Assembly (NCBI GenBank): GCA_048013815.1
Contig: CM106585.1
Span: forward strand, 3,038,001 to 3,102,000
Direction: 5' to 3'
Length of the DNA: 64,000 nt
Source: Setoptus koraiensis
Lineage: Eukaryota > Animalia > Arthropoda
A program made the position numbers and the translations under genes. The notes beneath the pieces are model-generated. The model ran no database searches. It saw nothing but the letters and a program-made list of their open reading frames with translations, and was not told the DNA's origin. Below, one piece after another: positions 11,516 to 22,689 of the stretch. The stretch's first letter is position 1. Every line of letters begins with the position of its first letter.

Positions 11516-13978
11516 GGGTGTTCTTTCGAATAGCGCCACAGTTTGATTTGGATGAAACTTCACACACAGGGCCTGTAGGGCCCCATGACAATGCTCTGAG
11601 TAGTCCGGTGGTTCCGGTTTTAGCTTCATCTTTAAGATACAGTCTTGAAACTCAGTATGTTACCATATCAGACTACGACAACTCCGATGACATCATTTTC
11701 GAATCTATACAATTTCCGGTTCTCGAGATATTCAGAAAAATTGCATGTATGGGCGAATCTAGGCCGGTCTGGGTCTGTTCCTTACATCCAAAGCAGGGTG
11801 ACACGCATTCATGAACAGAACCCGTCTCAATCACGGGCCCCGCCCACTCGACTCCCAGTCCTCGGGAAGAATCTTTTTTAGTTAGGTGGCCGTCAGTCGT
11901 CCCGCCGGAGACCGCAGGCCGTAGGCGTGGACGACTGGGGGCCGAACCCCCCCTCCGGCCCGGACCCAAGCTGCATGGCAGACGGAAGGGCTATTATATA
12001 TTGAATATGGGTGAGCATGGGCACCCCGGGTTACCCTCGCGTAGCTCATTACATACTCGGATACCCTAAATACCTGGGTAGAACCTGGTATCGCACCTCG
12101 GGTTCATTTTCACACTTCCGGTATACAATTTCTGAGTTCAGAATACTCGACCGTACCTTGCTGTAGCAAAATTATCTCCAAAACAAGTTATACTGATTAT
12201 ACCAGTATAAGAGCGCTTAATTTTTCCAGTGAAAAATCTTAGAGGTTTGGACAGTTTATTAAGAAGTGATAAGTGCTAGCTGTCTCTAGAAAGTTTCAAG
12301 AATTTATCCTGGTGAGAACAGTTTCGAAAATTGCACATACTGTGGAAGAACATGTGCCACAAAATGGCCTATAGCGCCAATACTAGAAACAGAACAGTTT
12401 CGAAAATTGCACATAATGTATGGGCACATGTGATCAGAAATCACATGTATTGAATGAGCTAACATGATCCAGAATTGCCTATAGCGCCAATACTAGAAAC
12501 AGAAATTTGATAAAACTTGCACAGATCGTGTATGGCACAGTGCTTGCTGTCTCAAGAAAGTTTCAAGAATTTATCCTGGTGAGAACAGTTTCAAAAATCG
12601 CACATAATGTAATACTTGCACAAAATGTTGCTAGCAACATGCACAATACACACACGCAGTATCATCAAAACGGATAGGTGGGAACATGTTCAAATATCAC
12701 GATATTCACATGACATCCGTCATCCAAAATTTCTTTCTGTCTCGAAAACGACCGATTGATTTCTGATCATACTAGCACAAAATGTTGCGAGCAACATGCA
12801 CAATACACACACGCAGTATCATCAAAACGGATAGGTGGGAACATGTTCAAATATCACGATATTCACATGTGATCAGAAATCAGATGTATTGAATGAGCTA
12901 ACATGATCCAGAATTGCCTATAGCGCCAATACTAGAAACAGAAAATTGATAAGACTTGCACAGATCGTGTATGGCACAGTGCTAGCTGTCTCTAGAAAGT
13001 TTCAAGAATTTATCCTGGTGAGAACAGTTTCGAAAATCGCACATAATGTATGGGCACATGTGCCACAATATGGACTATAGCGCCAATACTAGAAACAGAA
13101 AATTGATTTGACTCGCACAGATCGTGTATAGCATCGATCCACCTCCTCACAATACATCAACCTCTGCATGAGCTCGGGACTTAAAATTCAATTCACCTCC
13201 CTGAAATGTGTGTTTGGGAGGTGGACGAACCTTCGAGTCTCAAACTTGTATGTAGGTTGTTGCATGCTCAGGAGGTGAACTTATTGTTTAAGCTCAAGCT
13301 AGTCCACCTCCCAAGCATGAGTCGCCCCACGCTATTTTGAGTAGCTAAACCTATCTCGTTATAGCTTCGGTCCACCTCCTAACTAGACATGAGCCCGAGA
13401 CTCAAGATTCAATCCACCTCCCTAGTAAATGTGTGTTTGGGAGGTGGACGAACTTTCGAATCTCAAGCTTGAGTGTACCTCCCACCTCCCACCTCCCAAG
13501 CACATTCCTGCCTACACACTCACTAAGCACTGATTATGCTAGTGCTAATGTATGCAAGCACACAGCGCGTGACTCTCAAGATCGAAAACTCGGTACGTGG
13601 ATATTCACTGGCATACAAAGTCGGAGTATTCACAAGCACACAGCGCGTGAATCACCATAGCACAATTGGTGAATATCCTATGAAATGCACGAATTAAGTA
13701 TCCACCATCATACCGTGCGTGGATATTCATGCGTGATTTATAGGATCCAACAACACTACATCATAAGCCCTTAATTAAAATTAAGCGCTAAAAAGCAGTG
13801 GGAACCGCTAGCGGTCGTCGGGTATCTCAAAACGCCCACTGTGCGGTACCTCGGTTATCTCGGGAACGAAGAATTTCCGCACTTCCGGAATACCCATCGC
13901 GATATTGGGGTACAATACCCTCCCCAAAAATACCCAAAATACCCTGATAAAAGTGTGGCGCTATTCGAAAGAACAACC
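11516..13978. mobile_element. GG-ended TIR non-autonomous element (hairpin-core family), interrupted by HINE 12183-13790
   Basis: Ends GGGTGTTCTTTCGAATAGCGCCAC / GTGGCGCTATTCGAAAGAACAACC; 8-bp TSD GAGACGAC at 11508-11515 and 13979-13986. Confidence 0.9.
12183..13790 (-). mobile_element. HINE, full length
   Basis: Reverse-complement 5' end (CTTAATTAAAATTAAGCGCTA) at 13770-13790; 3' end ACAAGTTATACTGATTATACCAGTATAAGAGCGCTTAATTT at 12183; removal restores a TIR-element arm matching 19630-19730. Confidence 0.75.
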
Positions 13979-14179
13979 GAGACGACTTCAGTCCGCCTCG
14001 CGAAAACAAACCGGGCCCTCGAAGCCTGTAAGCGGGGTGCGCTGGAGGGAGTGGCCGGAAAAGGAAGAGTTAGAGCATGCTATCCACCATGTCAACAACA
14101 AGGCGGAAAGCGAGGAGAGTGACACCGAAGTAGATGTCGTTGAAAGCGAGATTTCCGACGTACCAACAAACAGCAATAG

Positions 14180-14866
14180 ACGCTGAACACGATGGCACAA
14201 TTTTCAGCTCGGTGTGACTTCCGGTTCTCGAAATATCGGCATATTTATTGGTTCGGAAGACCGAACCAATGACGAATTTCAGCTTCGCTGCACTCGGGGA
14301 TGAACCTGCGATGGGTCTGAGAACTCGGCCTGCGGCCTCGTAATTTGGAGGCCGTCACATCTCCGTCGTCGCTCCCGCGACGACTGCGTGCGACGGGAAC
14401 CCTTCGGGTAGGGTTGATGAGCGCTTCGGATATCGGGCTACGCCCTCTACCCTCCGCTCACGTGACTGCAAACCATAGGAAATTCTTGGTTGAAGAAATG
14501 CGATGATAGAAACTGAATTCATCACAATGATGCGTATCATCATGAATCGGAGAGATATCGGGATGGATTGGCGGCAGTATATGGATATGGCGCGGATGCT
14601 TCGTTGCGAGCGGTACACCCGCGCGGTTTTCCCAGAATATCTCTAGAACCCGAAACCGCACACAGGTGTAACGAACTCTGTTTTACTCAGCACGTCCGCA
14701 TCCTGCTGTTCATCAAGTTTCATGGCTCTAGCTTGAAGTTTGTGTAAAACCGGAACCGGAAATTTCCGCACTTCCGGACTAGCGAATCCGTTGTTTGGGG
14801 GCCCTCCGAGGCCCATGTGTGAAGTTTGGTTGAAATCTGAGTGTGGCACTATTCGCTAGAACACCC
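14180..14866. mobile_element. Hairpin-core TIR element, left end missing
   Basis: Core GGTCTGAGAACTCGGCCTGCGGCC...CTCACGTGACTGCAA at ~14315-14470; right end CTATTCGCTAGAACACCC. Confidence 0.8.
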
Positions 14867-15021
14867 CTGAATTGGGCCAGAAGCAATCTATTCCGCTTGC
14901 ACGAATTATCAGTTACCATCCGAGACAGAATAGGACGCGGCAGTGGAAACTCTACCATCTACGTGACCTGGCTCACCAATACAGCCATAGAATCCTCATG
15001 AGGAAATAGAAAGAAGTGTGG

Positions 15022-15521
15022 NNNNNNNNNNNNNNNNNNNNNNNNNNNNNNNNNNNNNNNNNNNNNNNNNNNNNNNNNNNNNNNNNNNNNNNNNNNNNNN
15101 NNNNNNNNNNNNNNNNNNNNNNNNNNNNNNNNNNNNNNNNNNNNNNNNNNNNNNNNNNNNNNNNNNNNNNNNNNNNNNNNNNNNNNNNNNNNNNNNNNNN
15201 NNNNNNNNNNNNNNNNNNNNNNNNNNNNNNNNNNNNNNNNNNNNNNNNNNNNNNNNNNNNNNNNNNNNNNNNNNNNNNNNNNNNNNNNNNNNNNNNNNNN
15301 NNNNNNNNNNNNNNNNNNNNNNNNNNNNNNNNNNNNNNNNNNNNNNNNNNNNNNNNNNNNNNNNNNNNNNNNNNNNNNNNNNNNNNNNNNNNNNNNNNNN
15401 NNNNNNNNNNNNNNNNNNNNNNNNNNNNNNNNNNNNNNNNNNNNNNNNNNNNNNNNNNNNNNNNNNNNNNNNNNNNNNNNNNNNNNNNNNNNNNNNNNNN
15501 NNNNNNNNNNNNNNNNNNNNN
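15022..15521. other. Assembly gap (500 N)
   Basis: Run of N. Confidence 1.
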
Positions 15522-15704
15522 AGTATGATTGGCAACCAGTATCAAACCTCCACTCCTACTGTAGCTCATCTGAACAAGCGCGCACTTACTACTCACACAC
15601 TATCTATCTAAACCAAACTGCAGTTTTAACTGCAAAACAAACAATCGAAAAATACCCGGCAGCTGGTTCACAACCACTACCAACCCATCAATCACTCAAA
15701 TAAT

Positions 15705-16528
15705 GGTTGTTGTAGCGATTAGGTCCCCACTCAGATCTTGATGAAACTTCCGGTGTGGGTCCACCTTGACCCCAATAGAACGGAAAAAGTAGTCCGGATG
15801 CCAGGAAACTTCCGGTTCCGGTTTGACATAAAGTTGAGGCTAGAGATCTGAAACTCACCAGACCGACGTTTCAGAGAACGCTGAACACAATGGCATAATT
15901 TTCAGCTCTGTGCGACTTCCGGTTTTCAAGATATCGGCATATTTATAGGTTTGGAAGACCGGAAGTTGACGAATTTCAGCTTCGCTGCACTCGGGTATGA
16001 ACCTGCGATAGGTCTGAGAACTCGGCCTGCGGCCTCGTAATTTGGAGGCCGTCACATCTCCGTCGTCGCTAACGCGACGACTGCGTGCGACGGGAACCCT
16101 TCGGGTAGGGTTGATGAGCGCTTCGGGTATCGGGCTGCGCCCTCTACCCTCCGCTCACATGACTGCAATCCAGACACAGATGTTCGGAATGGCAGAAGAA
16201 TACGATAATGCATGGTTCTGCGCATAAGTGGCACAGAATGAGTCCGCTGAACGCAGCCGCACAGATCCGGCCACACCCTCGGATCAACTTAAACCTCTTT
16301 ATCTATCGAACCGGAAGTCATAAAAGATTAATTTTGATGTCATTATGCTCCGCTAGGTGTCTTCTATCTAATTCTGAAATTTGGGAGCTCTATCACGATA
16401 TTTTTGTATTTCCGGAACCGGAAGTTTCCTGGCATCCGGAATACTAAATTCATAGTATGGGGCCCCTACGGGGCCCTTGTGTGAAGTTTCATCGAAATCC
16501 GAGTGGGGACCTAATCGCTACAACACCC
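15705..16528. mobile_element. Hairpin-core TIR element, complete (824 bp)
   Basis: GGTTGTTGTAGCGATTAGGTCCCCACTC / GAGTGGGGACCTAATCGCTACAACACCC; 8-bp TSD CAAATAAT. Confidence 0.92.
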
Positions 16529-16558
16529 CAAATAATTATCATTTCAAGCTTCAAAAGA

Positions 16559-17446
16559 ATGAACCAGCTGTCGGGTACTTGGTCGCAAGTCCGGCTTGAC
16601 CGAGAGGTTCACCTCTCGGACAAACGAGCTTGCATCGAGTGGTGCCAACGAGTTGGCATGATACCTCAGACAAAACAATGCCGAAAGGATAGGGTAGCCT
16701 ACAAGCTAGAGCCGCGTCCTGATCTGATCATTGGGCACGGATGGCGCTGCCCTAAGTGCCGTCTAAGGAAGTCGATCGGGTCAGGCACGCCCTTCGAAGA
16801 AAGTCATATCGACATAGGGAGAGCCCTGATGATCGCGCTGAACTTCGCCAACAATGCAACATATGCCGACACTGCAGTGGCCTGCTCCTATGACGGTGAT
16901 CAACCAAGCCACACAACAATCACGCGCTGGTTCGATTACTTCAGGAGTCTAACATCTGATTGGGCAGTATCATACCAGAACCCCGATACTCGAATCGGTG
17001 GTCCAGGAAAGATAGTTCAGATCGATGAGGCATCGATAGGACGCCGTAAATATCACCGAGGGAGATCAGTGACAGGGCAATGGGTTCTGGGCATGATCGA
17101 TGAAGATGGAGAATTGAGATTGGAGATATGTCCAGGAAACAAGAGAACTCAAGAGGCTCTAATACCCCTGATTGAACAGCACGTGGAAAAAGGATCCGAA
17201 ATACACACAGACGAGTGGCGTGCCTACCAGGTGCTCGCAACGCGTGGGTACACTCATAGAACTGTGTGCCACAAGCGACAATTCGTGGCAGCGGACGGTA
17301 CCCATACCCAACGAATTGAATCAAGCTGGAGATCCTTGAGGAGGAAGTTCAACAAGGGAGGCATAAGAATTGAGGACATAAGCGAGCACATGATCGAGTA
17401 TCTGTGGCGTCGAAACTGTGCCCGTAGGCAAGCTGACCCATTCTAG
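16559..17446 (+). mobile_element. Merlin (IS1016/ISXO2-like) DDE transposase, probably with a premature stop
   Basis: WRCPKC zinc ribbon, VQIDEASIGRRKYHRGR, QWVLGMID, GSEIHTDEWRAY, HRTVCHKRQFV, GTHTQRIESSWRSLRR; DPF followed by TAG, frame stays open ~35 codons further. Confidence 0.9.
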
Positions 17447-17869
17447 ATTTTTCTCAACCTCGTTCTCATAACGATCAATGAGAGTAATGAGATCTTTCAC
17501 AGAGGTGACATTTTTGATACAAGTCATCATATTGAGGCGACCAACTGTTGAGCTAGGTAGGCTTGTATATAGGCTAATTATCACATCTTTCTCCTGTTGG
17601 GCACTTGGGGCAGAAGGGTGCGGCTAGGCATGACTCATCGGATGTTGTAAAATAGCGCCGTCTTCAAAAAATCTAAAAGCTGAGATTTCTCCCTAATGTT
17701 CATCATAAGTCTCAAATGTGCTGAATTTCAACGAATTTCACTAATATTGAATCAAAAAATTCTGGTAAAATATTGCAAAAAGCCGGCAAAAAAAGGGCAT
17801 GGGAATAGCGTATTTGTTCTCAGTTCGATCAGCCGAGAACAGATAGGCTATAGCCAGCCCCTTCTGACA

Positions 17870-18106
17870 CTACCACCTAACTAGGTTACCTTGTGAGTCT
17901 GTAAGTGCAGCGTGAAGGCCTAAACACTTATTCTTCTCATTCAAGGTGATCGTATGAGCCTTATACTTGGTGAAGAAAGCACCTGCATCTTCATTCGACG
18001 ATCCGCTGAATTTTGGTACTCCAACCAGAAGAGACGATGTCGCCTGAGAGAGATGATATGAAAGATTCTGAAGTGTTACATCCAAACCATTGATCGCGCC
18101 GTCATT
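17870..18106 (-). mobile_element. LTR retrotransposon gag-like fragment
   Basis: VPKFSGSSNEDAGAFFTKYK resembles the retrotransposon gag motif P-x-F-S-G..D...F. Confidence 0.5.
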
Positions 18107-18114
18107 AGAAAGAC

Positions 18115-19250
18115 GGGTGTTGTAGCGATTAGCGACCCAGTCAGATTTCGATGAAACTTCACACATGGGGCCCGTAGGGCCCCCTGACAACAGTTTGAGT
18201 GGTCCGGAAGTGCGGAAACTTCCGGTTCCGGTTTTACAAAAAAAGAGAGCTACGGCAATGAAACTCGGTTGACTGATTGATTAGAGCATGCTGAACATGC
18301 TAAACTCATTCTCCAGTTTCTGCGACTTCCGGTTCGGGAGATATCGAGGGAATTCTGGATATAGGAGCGTTTGGGTGTTGTAGCGAATAGTGCCCCAGTC
18401 AGATTTCGATGAAACTTCACACACGGGGCCCGTAGGGCCCAAAAACAATAACCTCGGTGGTCCGGAAGTGCGGAAACTTCCGGTTCCGGTTTTACAAAAA
18501 AAATGAGATACAGGCTTGAAACTCACTATACATGTGAATCAGAGCACGCAGAGTACGATAACGTCAATTTCAAATTTGTCTCACTTCCGGTTGACGAGAT
18601 ATCTGGATGAAACCGCTGCAGGGGCGTAGACGGGACGGAATACCCGCGCGCACGAACAAATACGTGCGCTATCAGGCCCATTCTGTTCAACACTTAAGGA
18701 TGCGCAGCTCCTTTTCTGTGCCGGATACATGTTCAGAGCCTTCCATGCGTCCCCATTTCGTTCTTTTTCTATCATTCGTGTATGGATTGCAGTCATGTGA
18801 GCGGAGGGTAGAGGGCGCAGCCCGATACCCGAAGCGCTCATCAACCCTACCCGAAGGGTTCCCGTCGCACGCAGTCGTCGCGGGAGCGACGACGGAGATG
18901 TGACGGCCTCCAGAATACGAGGCCGCAGGCCGAGTTCTCAGACACACCGCATGTGCATCCCCGAGCGCAGCGAAGCAATAATTTGGTCACTTCCGGTCTT
19001 CTAACCCTAGTAATATCTCTATATCTCGAAAACCGGAAGTCGCACAGAGCTGAAAATTATGTCATCGTGTTCAGCGTAGCTTGAAACGTCTCTGTAGTGA
19101 ATTTCAGAGCTCTAGATTCAACTTTTTGTAAAACCGGAACCGGAAGTTTCCGCACTTCCGGACCACTTTTCCCGATGGTTTTGGGTCAAGATGAACCCGT
19201 ACCGGAAGTTTCATCAAAATCGGGGCGGGGCACTATTCGCTACAACAACC
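18115..19250. mobile_element. Hairpin-core TIR element with a duplicated left arm (second arm start at 18373)
   Basis: GGGTGTTGTAGCG... / ...TCGCTACAACAACC; 8-bp TSD AGAAAGAC. Confidence 0.9.
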
Positions 19251-19467
19251 AGAAAGACTATCACCTATGTTTGATGCAGTCATTGTTTTTGGGTCTCGTT
19301 ATTTTCTCGGACAGAGGATTGAATAATCTCACAACCACGCTCTGATGTTGTGCCGGGCAGAGGGTACTTATGCCTTGGACTGGGTATTCCCGTCGGTACA
19401 CAGGCGGTAGTCGGTCAATGTATTGTATATTTGATACACACTTCGTTGTGTAGCGAACCGAACGCTT

Positions 19468-20447
19468 GGTTATACTTGCAAAGTGGGCACCCATCAGATT
19501 GAGGTATTTTGGGTATTTTTGGGTAGGGTATAGTACCCTGATACCAGATTGGGTATTTATAAGATGTAGAAACTTACAGTTTCCGAGTTACCCGAGGTAA
19601 CGCACAGTGGGCGTTTCGAGAAACCCGACGACCTCTAGCGGTTCCCACTCCTTTTTTTGAAGATAATTTTGTTACAGCAAGGTACAGTCGAGTATTTTGA
19701 ACTCAGAAATCGTATACCGGAAGTGTTAAAATGAACCCAATGTGCGATACCAGGGTTTACCCGGGTATTTCGGGTATCCGAGTTAGTAATAGGCTGCGCG
19801 AGGGTAATAATCACAACCGCATGAGTGCGGCATGACCGTTGCCGTCACCCGTCACCAAGGTAGATACCACACTTGGGACCGCACCTGTGATGGGTCTGAG
19901 AACTCGGCCTGCGGCCTCGTAATCTGGAGGCCGTCACATCTCCGTCGTCGCTCCCGCGACGACTGCGTGCGACGGGAACCCTTCGGGTAGGGTTGATGAG
20001 CGCTTCGGGTATCGGGCTGCGCCCTCTACCCTCCGCTCACATGACTGCAAACCATAGACGAGAGTAAGAGACAAGAAGAAAAGTTGAAAGCCTCGGAACA
20101 TGATTCAAGCGCTTCGACGACTTGTGTGGCGACATGTCTGAGCCTCTTGGCGCACGTATTTTCTCGTGCGCGCGAATATTTCGTCCCGGGCGGAATACCC
20201 GCGCGGTTTTTCCTGAATATCTCTGGAACCGGAAGTCGCACAGGCATGAAATGGACTACATTGTACTGAGAATGACTGTAGTCTGCTGCATACCAAGTTT
20301 CATGTCTCTAGCTCGAAGTTGAAGCTAAAACCGGAAGGAGTAATTTCTACACTTCCGGTCTAGAAGAATCGTCATCAGGGGCCTCTAGAGTACCCACATG
20401 GTGAGTTTCGTGGTGATCTGATGGGTGCCCACTTCGCAAGAACACCC
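19468..20447. mobile_element. Hairpin-core TIR element, complete
   Basis: GGTTATACTTGCAAAGTGGGCACCCATCAG / CTGATGGGTGCCCACTTCGCAAGAACACCC; 8-bp TSD GAACGCTT. Confidence 0.9.
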
Positions 20448-21013
20448 GAACGCTTATTCAAGGCAACGATATTATTATATGCGATGAATATATTTGAGGC
20501 TATCTGCCTTGGATTCGAGAAATCCCTCGACAGTAAATTATAATCAATTACGCTGAGTATTTATCACTAAGAAATAGTCTGATTTACCGATGGATAAAGA
20601 TATCCAATGTAGGACAATATTGAGGACTTTTGGTTATCACCTCTTACTTTGGTTTTCTAATTGTGTCGGTAATTGATACTACTTATTTATTCTATATGTT
20701 AATTAGCTAAGGTGCAACATATCTGTCGAGAGCTATTACCATTCTAAGGCAAAAATTGATATTGCACTCATATTAGATAGTCGCGTGTTCGACTCAACTC
20801 TTTTGTTACATTGAATTTCATTCTATTGCCTCGATTACCGGATGACCATCGAAAGCGTGTTAGGTCATCGTGTTTTACATGTTATTGTCGAACGGAATTG
20901 AGATACACCGACCAGTACCACGTTGCAATGCATGGTGCGGTGGAGGGGCGTGTTCAGGGTGCGGGTATTTCCCTACCGCTGTTGAGGGTACGGCAGCGCA
21001 GCATCACAACGTA

Positions 21014-21468
21014 TGTCATGCCGCACCGTGCACGCGTACACGCCCACACACATCCGCGCGCATACGGGCCGCGCACTACGCCTTATTCAAACCCGCACAG
21101 GCGCCAGTGACCTGGCAAAATGAAAAGTATTGCAAATCTTCCCGGCAACCTTTCAGTTGGCTGGCGCCAACTGAAACAAAGAGAGAATCTAGCTTGGTGT
21201 GATACACTATCGATAGATAATAACGCACTATATACATCATTGTACGTGTTTTCTCCGACACACAGATTCATTCGATATCAAGCCGTTGACCAATAAACAT
21301 ATTGACAGATAATAATAGTAATTATCCGTCGTTACTAATTAATAAAGCTAAATTGATATTAAGCCAACATATATACAACAGTAATAATTCGAAACTGGTA
21401 GTTCTGCCGGCAATTTATTCTAACGACGAACACACCCCCTTAGCTGCTAACACTCCCACGGCACGACA
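21014..21468 (+). repeat. 5' LTR (455 bp)
   Basis: TGTCATGCCG...GCACGACA; no difference from 28169-28623 found by eye. Confidence 0.95.
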
Positions 21469-21470
21469 GT

Positions 21471-21488
21471 TGGTAGCAGAGCGTGGTT
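21471..21488 (+). promoter_or_regulatory. Primer binding site, initiator tRNA-Met
   Basis: TGGTAGCAGAGCGTGGTT, complementary to a tRNAiMet-type 3' end (..CTCTGCTACCA), 2 nt after the LTR. Confidence 0.85.
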
Positions 21489-21529
21489 AGACTTTAGATT
21501 TTACCTGTTGAGGAATAGAAGAGTTAACT

Positions 21530-22654
21530 ATGGCCGGGAGAAGTACGAGAAGTGGTTCATCTAATGCCAATCAGACTTTGTCAGCGAATGACATAACTCA
21601 AAACATCGCAGAGGCTCTCCAACAGATCCCCAACATGAAAATGATCTACCAGATGAAGAGGTTTGATGGTCGGGGCAACGACCACGACGAGGCCAGAAAT
21701 TTCTTCAGAGAATTCGAACTGTTAACCACTGGCCTCTCTGATTCGCTCAAAATTCTTGGCTTAAAAATAACGTTGCGCAATGAGGCACAAGTGTGGTATA
21801 AAGAGGAGATAGCTGAATCTGACGATTGGAAGACAATTGCTCAAAAATTCAAAGATAGGTTCTATGCTCCAAATCGAGAGCTCGACTTGATTCAAAGGCT
21901 TCATGACTTGAAATATAATGCAGATGGTAACCAAACACTCATGTCATATCTCGAATATTACATACGCACTTACAAAAAAGCCCGCAAATTGCCTATTCAA
22001 CCATCATCTCAACAACAAATCGACATCATTCAAAGCTTTTATACCACCTTGCCATCCTCGATAAAAGGCCAACTGAACCTTATGACCGCGGTCTATGAGG
22101 TCAAGACACTGGATGAACTGAAGAACTACATTAAGAGATATGAGAATGATGTGAAGTCTCACCTCAACATGACTCCGAAACCGGACCAAACAGCTATGAT
22201 AAAGCTCTTCGAAAACCTCAGCAAAGGTATTCAAAGTCAAATAAAAGAACAATTGGACTCTGTCGTGGCGGCTAAGGATGAGATCAAGAAAACCGTGGCA
22301 ACTTTCGTACCGAAATATCAGAACCACCACGAAAATGTGCAACCCCATCAATCTTATAAGCGCAAATATGCTCAAGAGTACAATAGAAATTACCAGAAGC
22401 CTCGCTATGATAATTACAACAGGAATCGTGGACAGTACACTGATAGAAACCAGAGATTCTCATATCAGAAACCAATGCTTCCCCAAACTAACCAGCAGCA
22501 TCCAGCAATTGAAGGCAAAAAGAACGACGACATCGGTAACAAATTTAAACAACAGTACGAGCAGAAATACGGGCCAGTCCCAGCTCCTTGCAAATTTTGT
22601 GATGGTCATCACTTGCACAAACACTGTCCGTTCAACCTGGGCGATTTAAAATAG
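21530..22654 (+). CDS. gag: Gag (374 aa) with C-terminal CCHC knuckle
   Basis: RFDGRG..EARNFFREFE, LRNEAQVWY, CKFCDGHHLHKHC (CX2CX3HX4C). Confidence 0.9.
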   Translation: MAGRSTRSGSSNANQTLSANDITQNIAEALQQIPNMKMIYQMKRFDGRGNDHDEARNFFREFELLTTGLSDSLKILGLKITLRNEAQVWYKEEIAESDDWKTIAQKFKDRFYAPNRELDLIQRLHDLKYNADGNQTLMSYLEYYIRTYKKARKLPIQPSSQQQIDIIQSFYTTLPSSIKGQLNLMTAVYEVKTLDELKNYIKRYENDVKSHLNMTPKPDQTAMIKLFENLSKGIQSQIKEQLDSVVAAKDEIKKTVATFVPKYQNHHENVQPHQSYKRKYAQEYNRNYQKPRYDNYNRNRGQYTDRNQRFSYQKPMLPQTNQQHPAIEGKKNDDIGNKFKQQYEQKYGPVPAPCKFCDGHHLHKHCPFNLGDLK

Positions 22655-22689
22655 AGAGGGTGATCGTTAATGAGATCGACCGACCACCC
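22645..22689 (+). promoter_or_regulatory. Predicted -1 ribosomal frameshift signal (slippery heptamer plus hairpin)
   Basis: T TTA AAA in the gag frame just before TAG; pol is in the -1 frame; GGGTGATCG (22658-22666) pairs with CGACCACCC (22681-22689) with one mismatch. Confidence 0.7.

Noticed and set aside
11260-14180. ORF rejoined across element 11516-13978 (..KHKRR|LQSASRK..)
   Set aside because: Rejoins in frame but is short, low-complexity and unidentifiable; used only as support for the TSD
14973-15611. Long ORFs 14973-15596, 14996-15535, 15016-15528, 15018-15611
   Set aside because: Artefacts of the 500-N gap
16011-16168. TTGATGAG in the TIR core suggested a hammerhead ribozyme
   Set aside because: No CUGANGA core and no GAAA/stem arrangement in the required order
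16457-16558. N-terminal 34 aa of the ORF-track Merlin protein
   Set aside because: Encoded mostly by the right arm of the inserted TIR element; the real start is probably ATG 16559
15705-17446. Assigning the hairpin-core TIR family to the adjacent Merlin transposase
   Set aside because: GG ends and 8-bp TSDs fit Merlin but also MULE-like elements; no matching terminus was found around the Merlin ORF, and the element is inserted upstream of the ORF rather than bounding it
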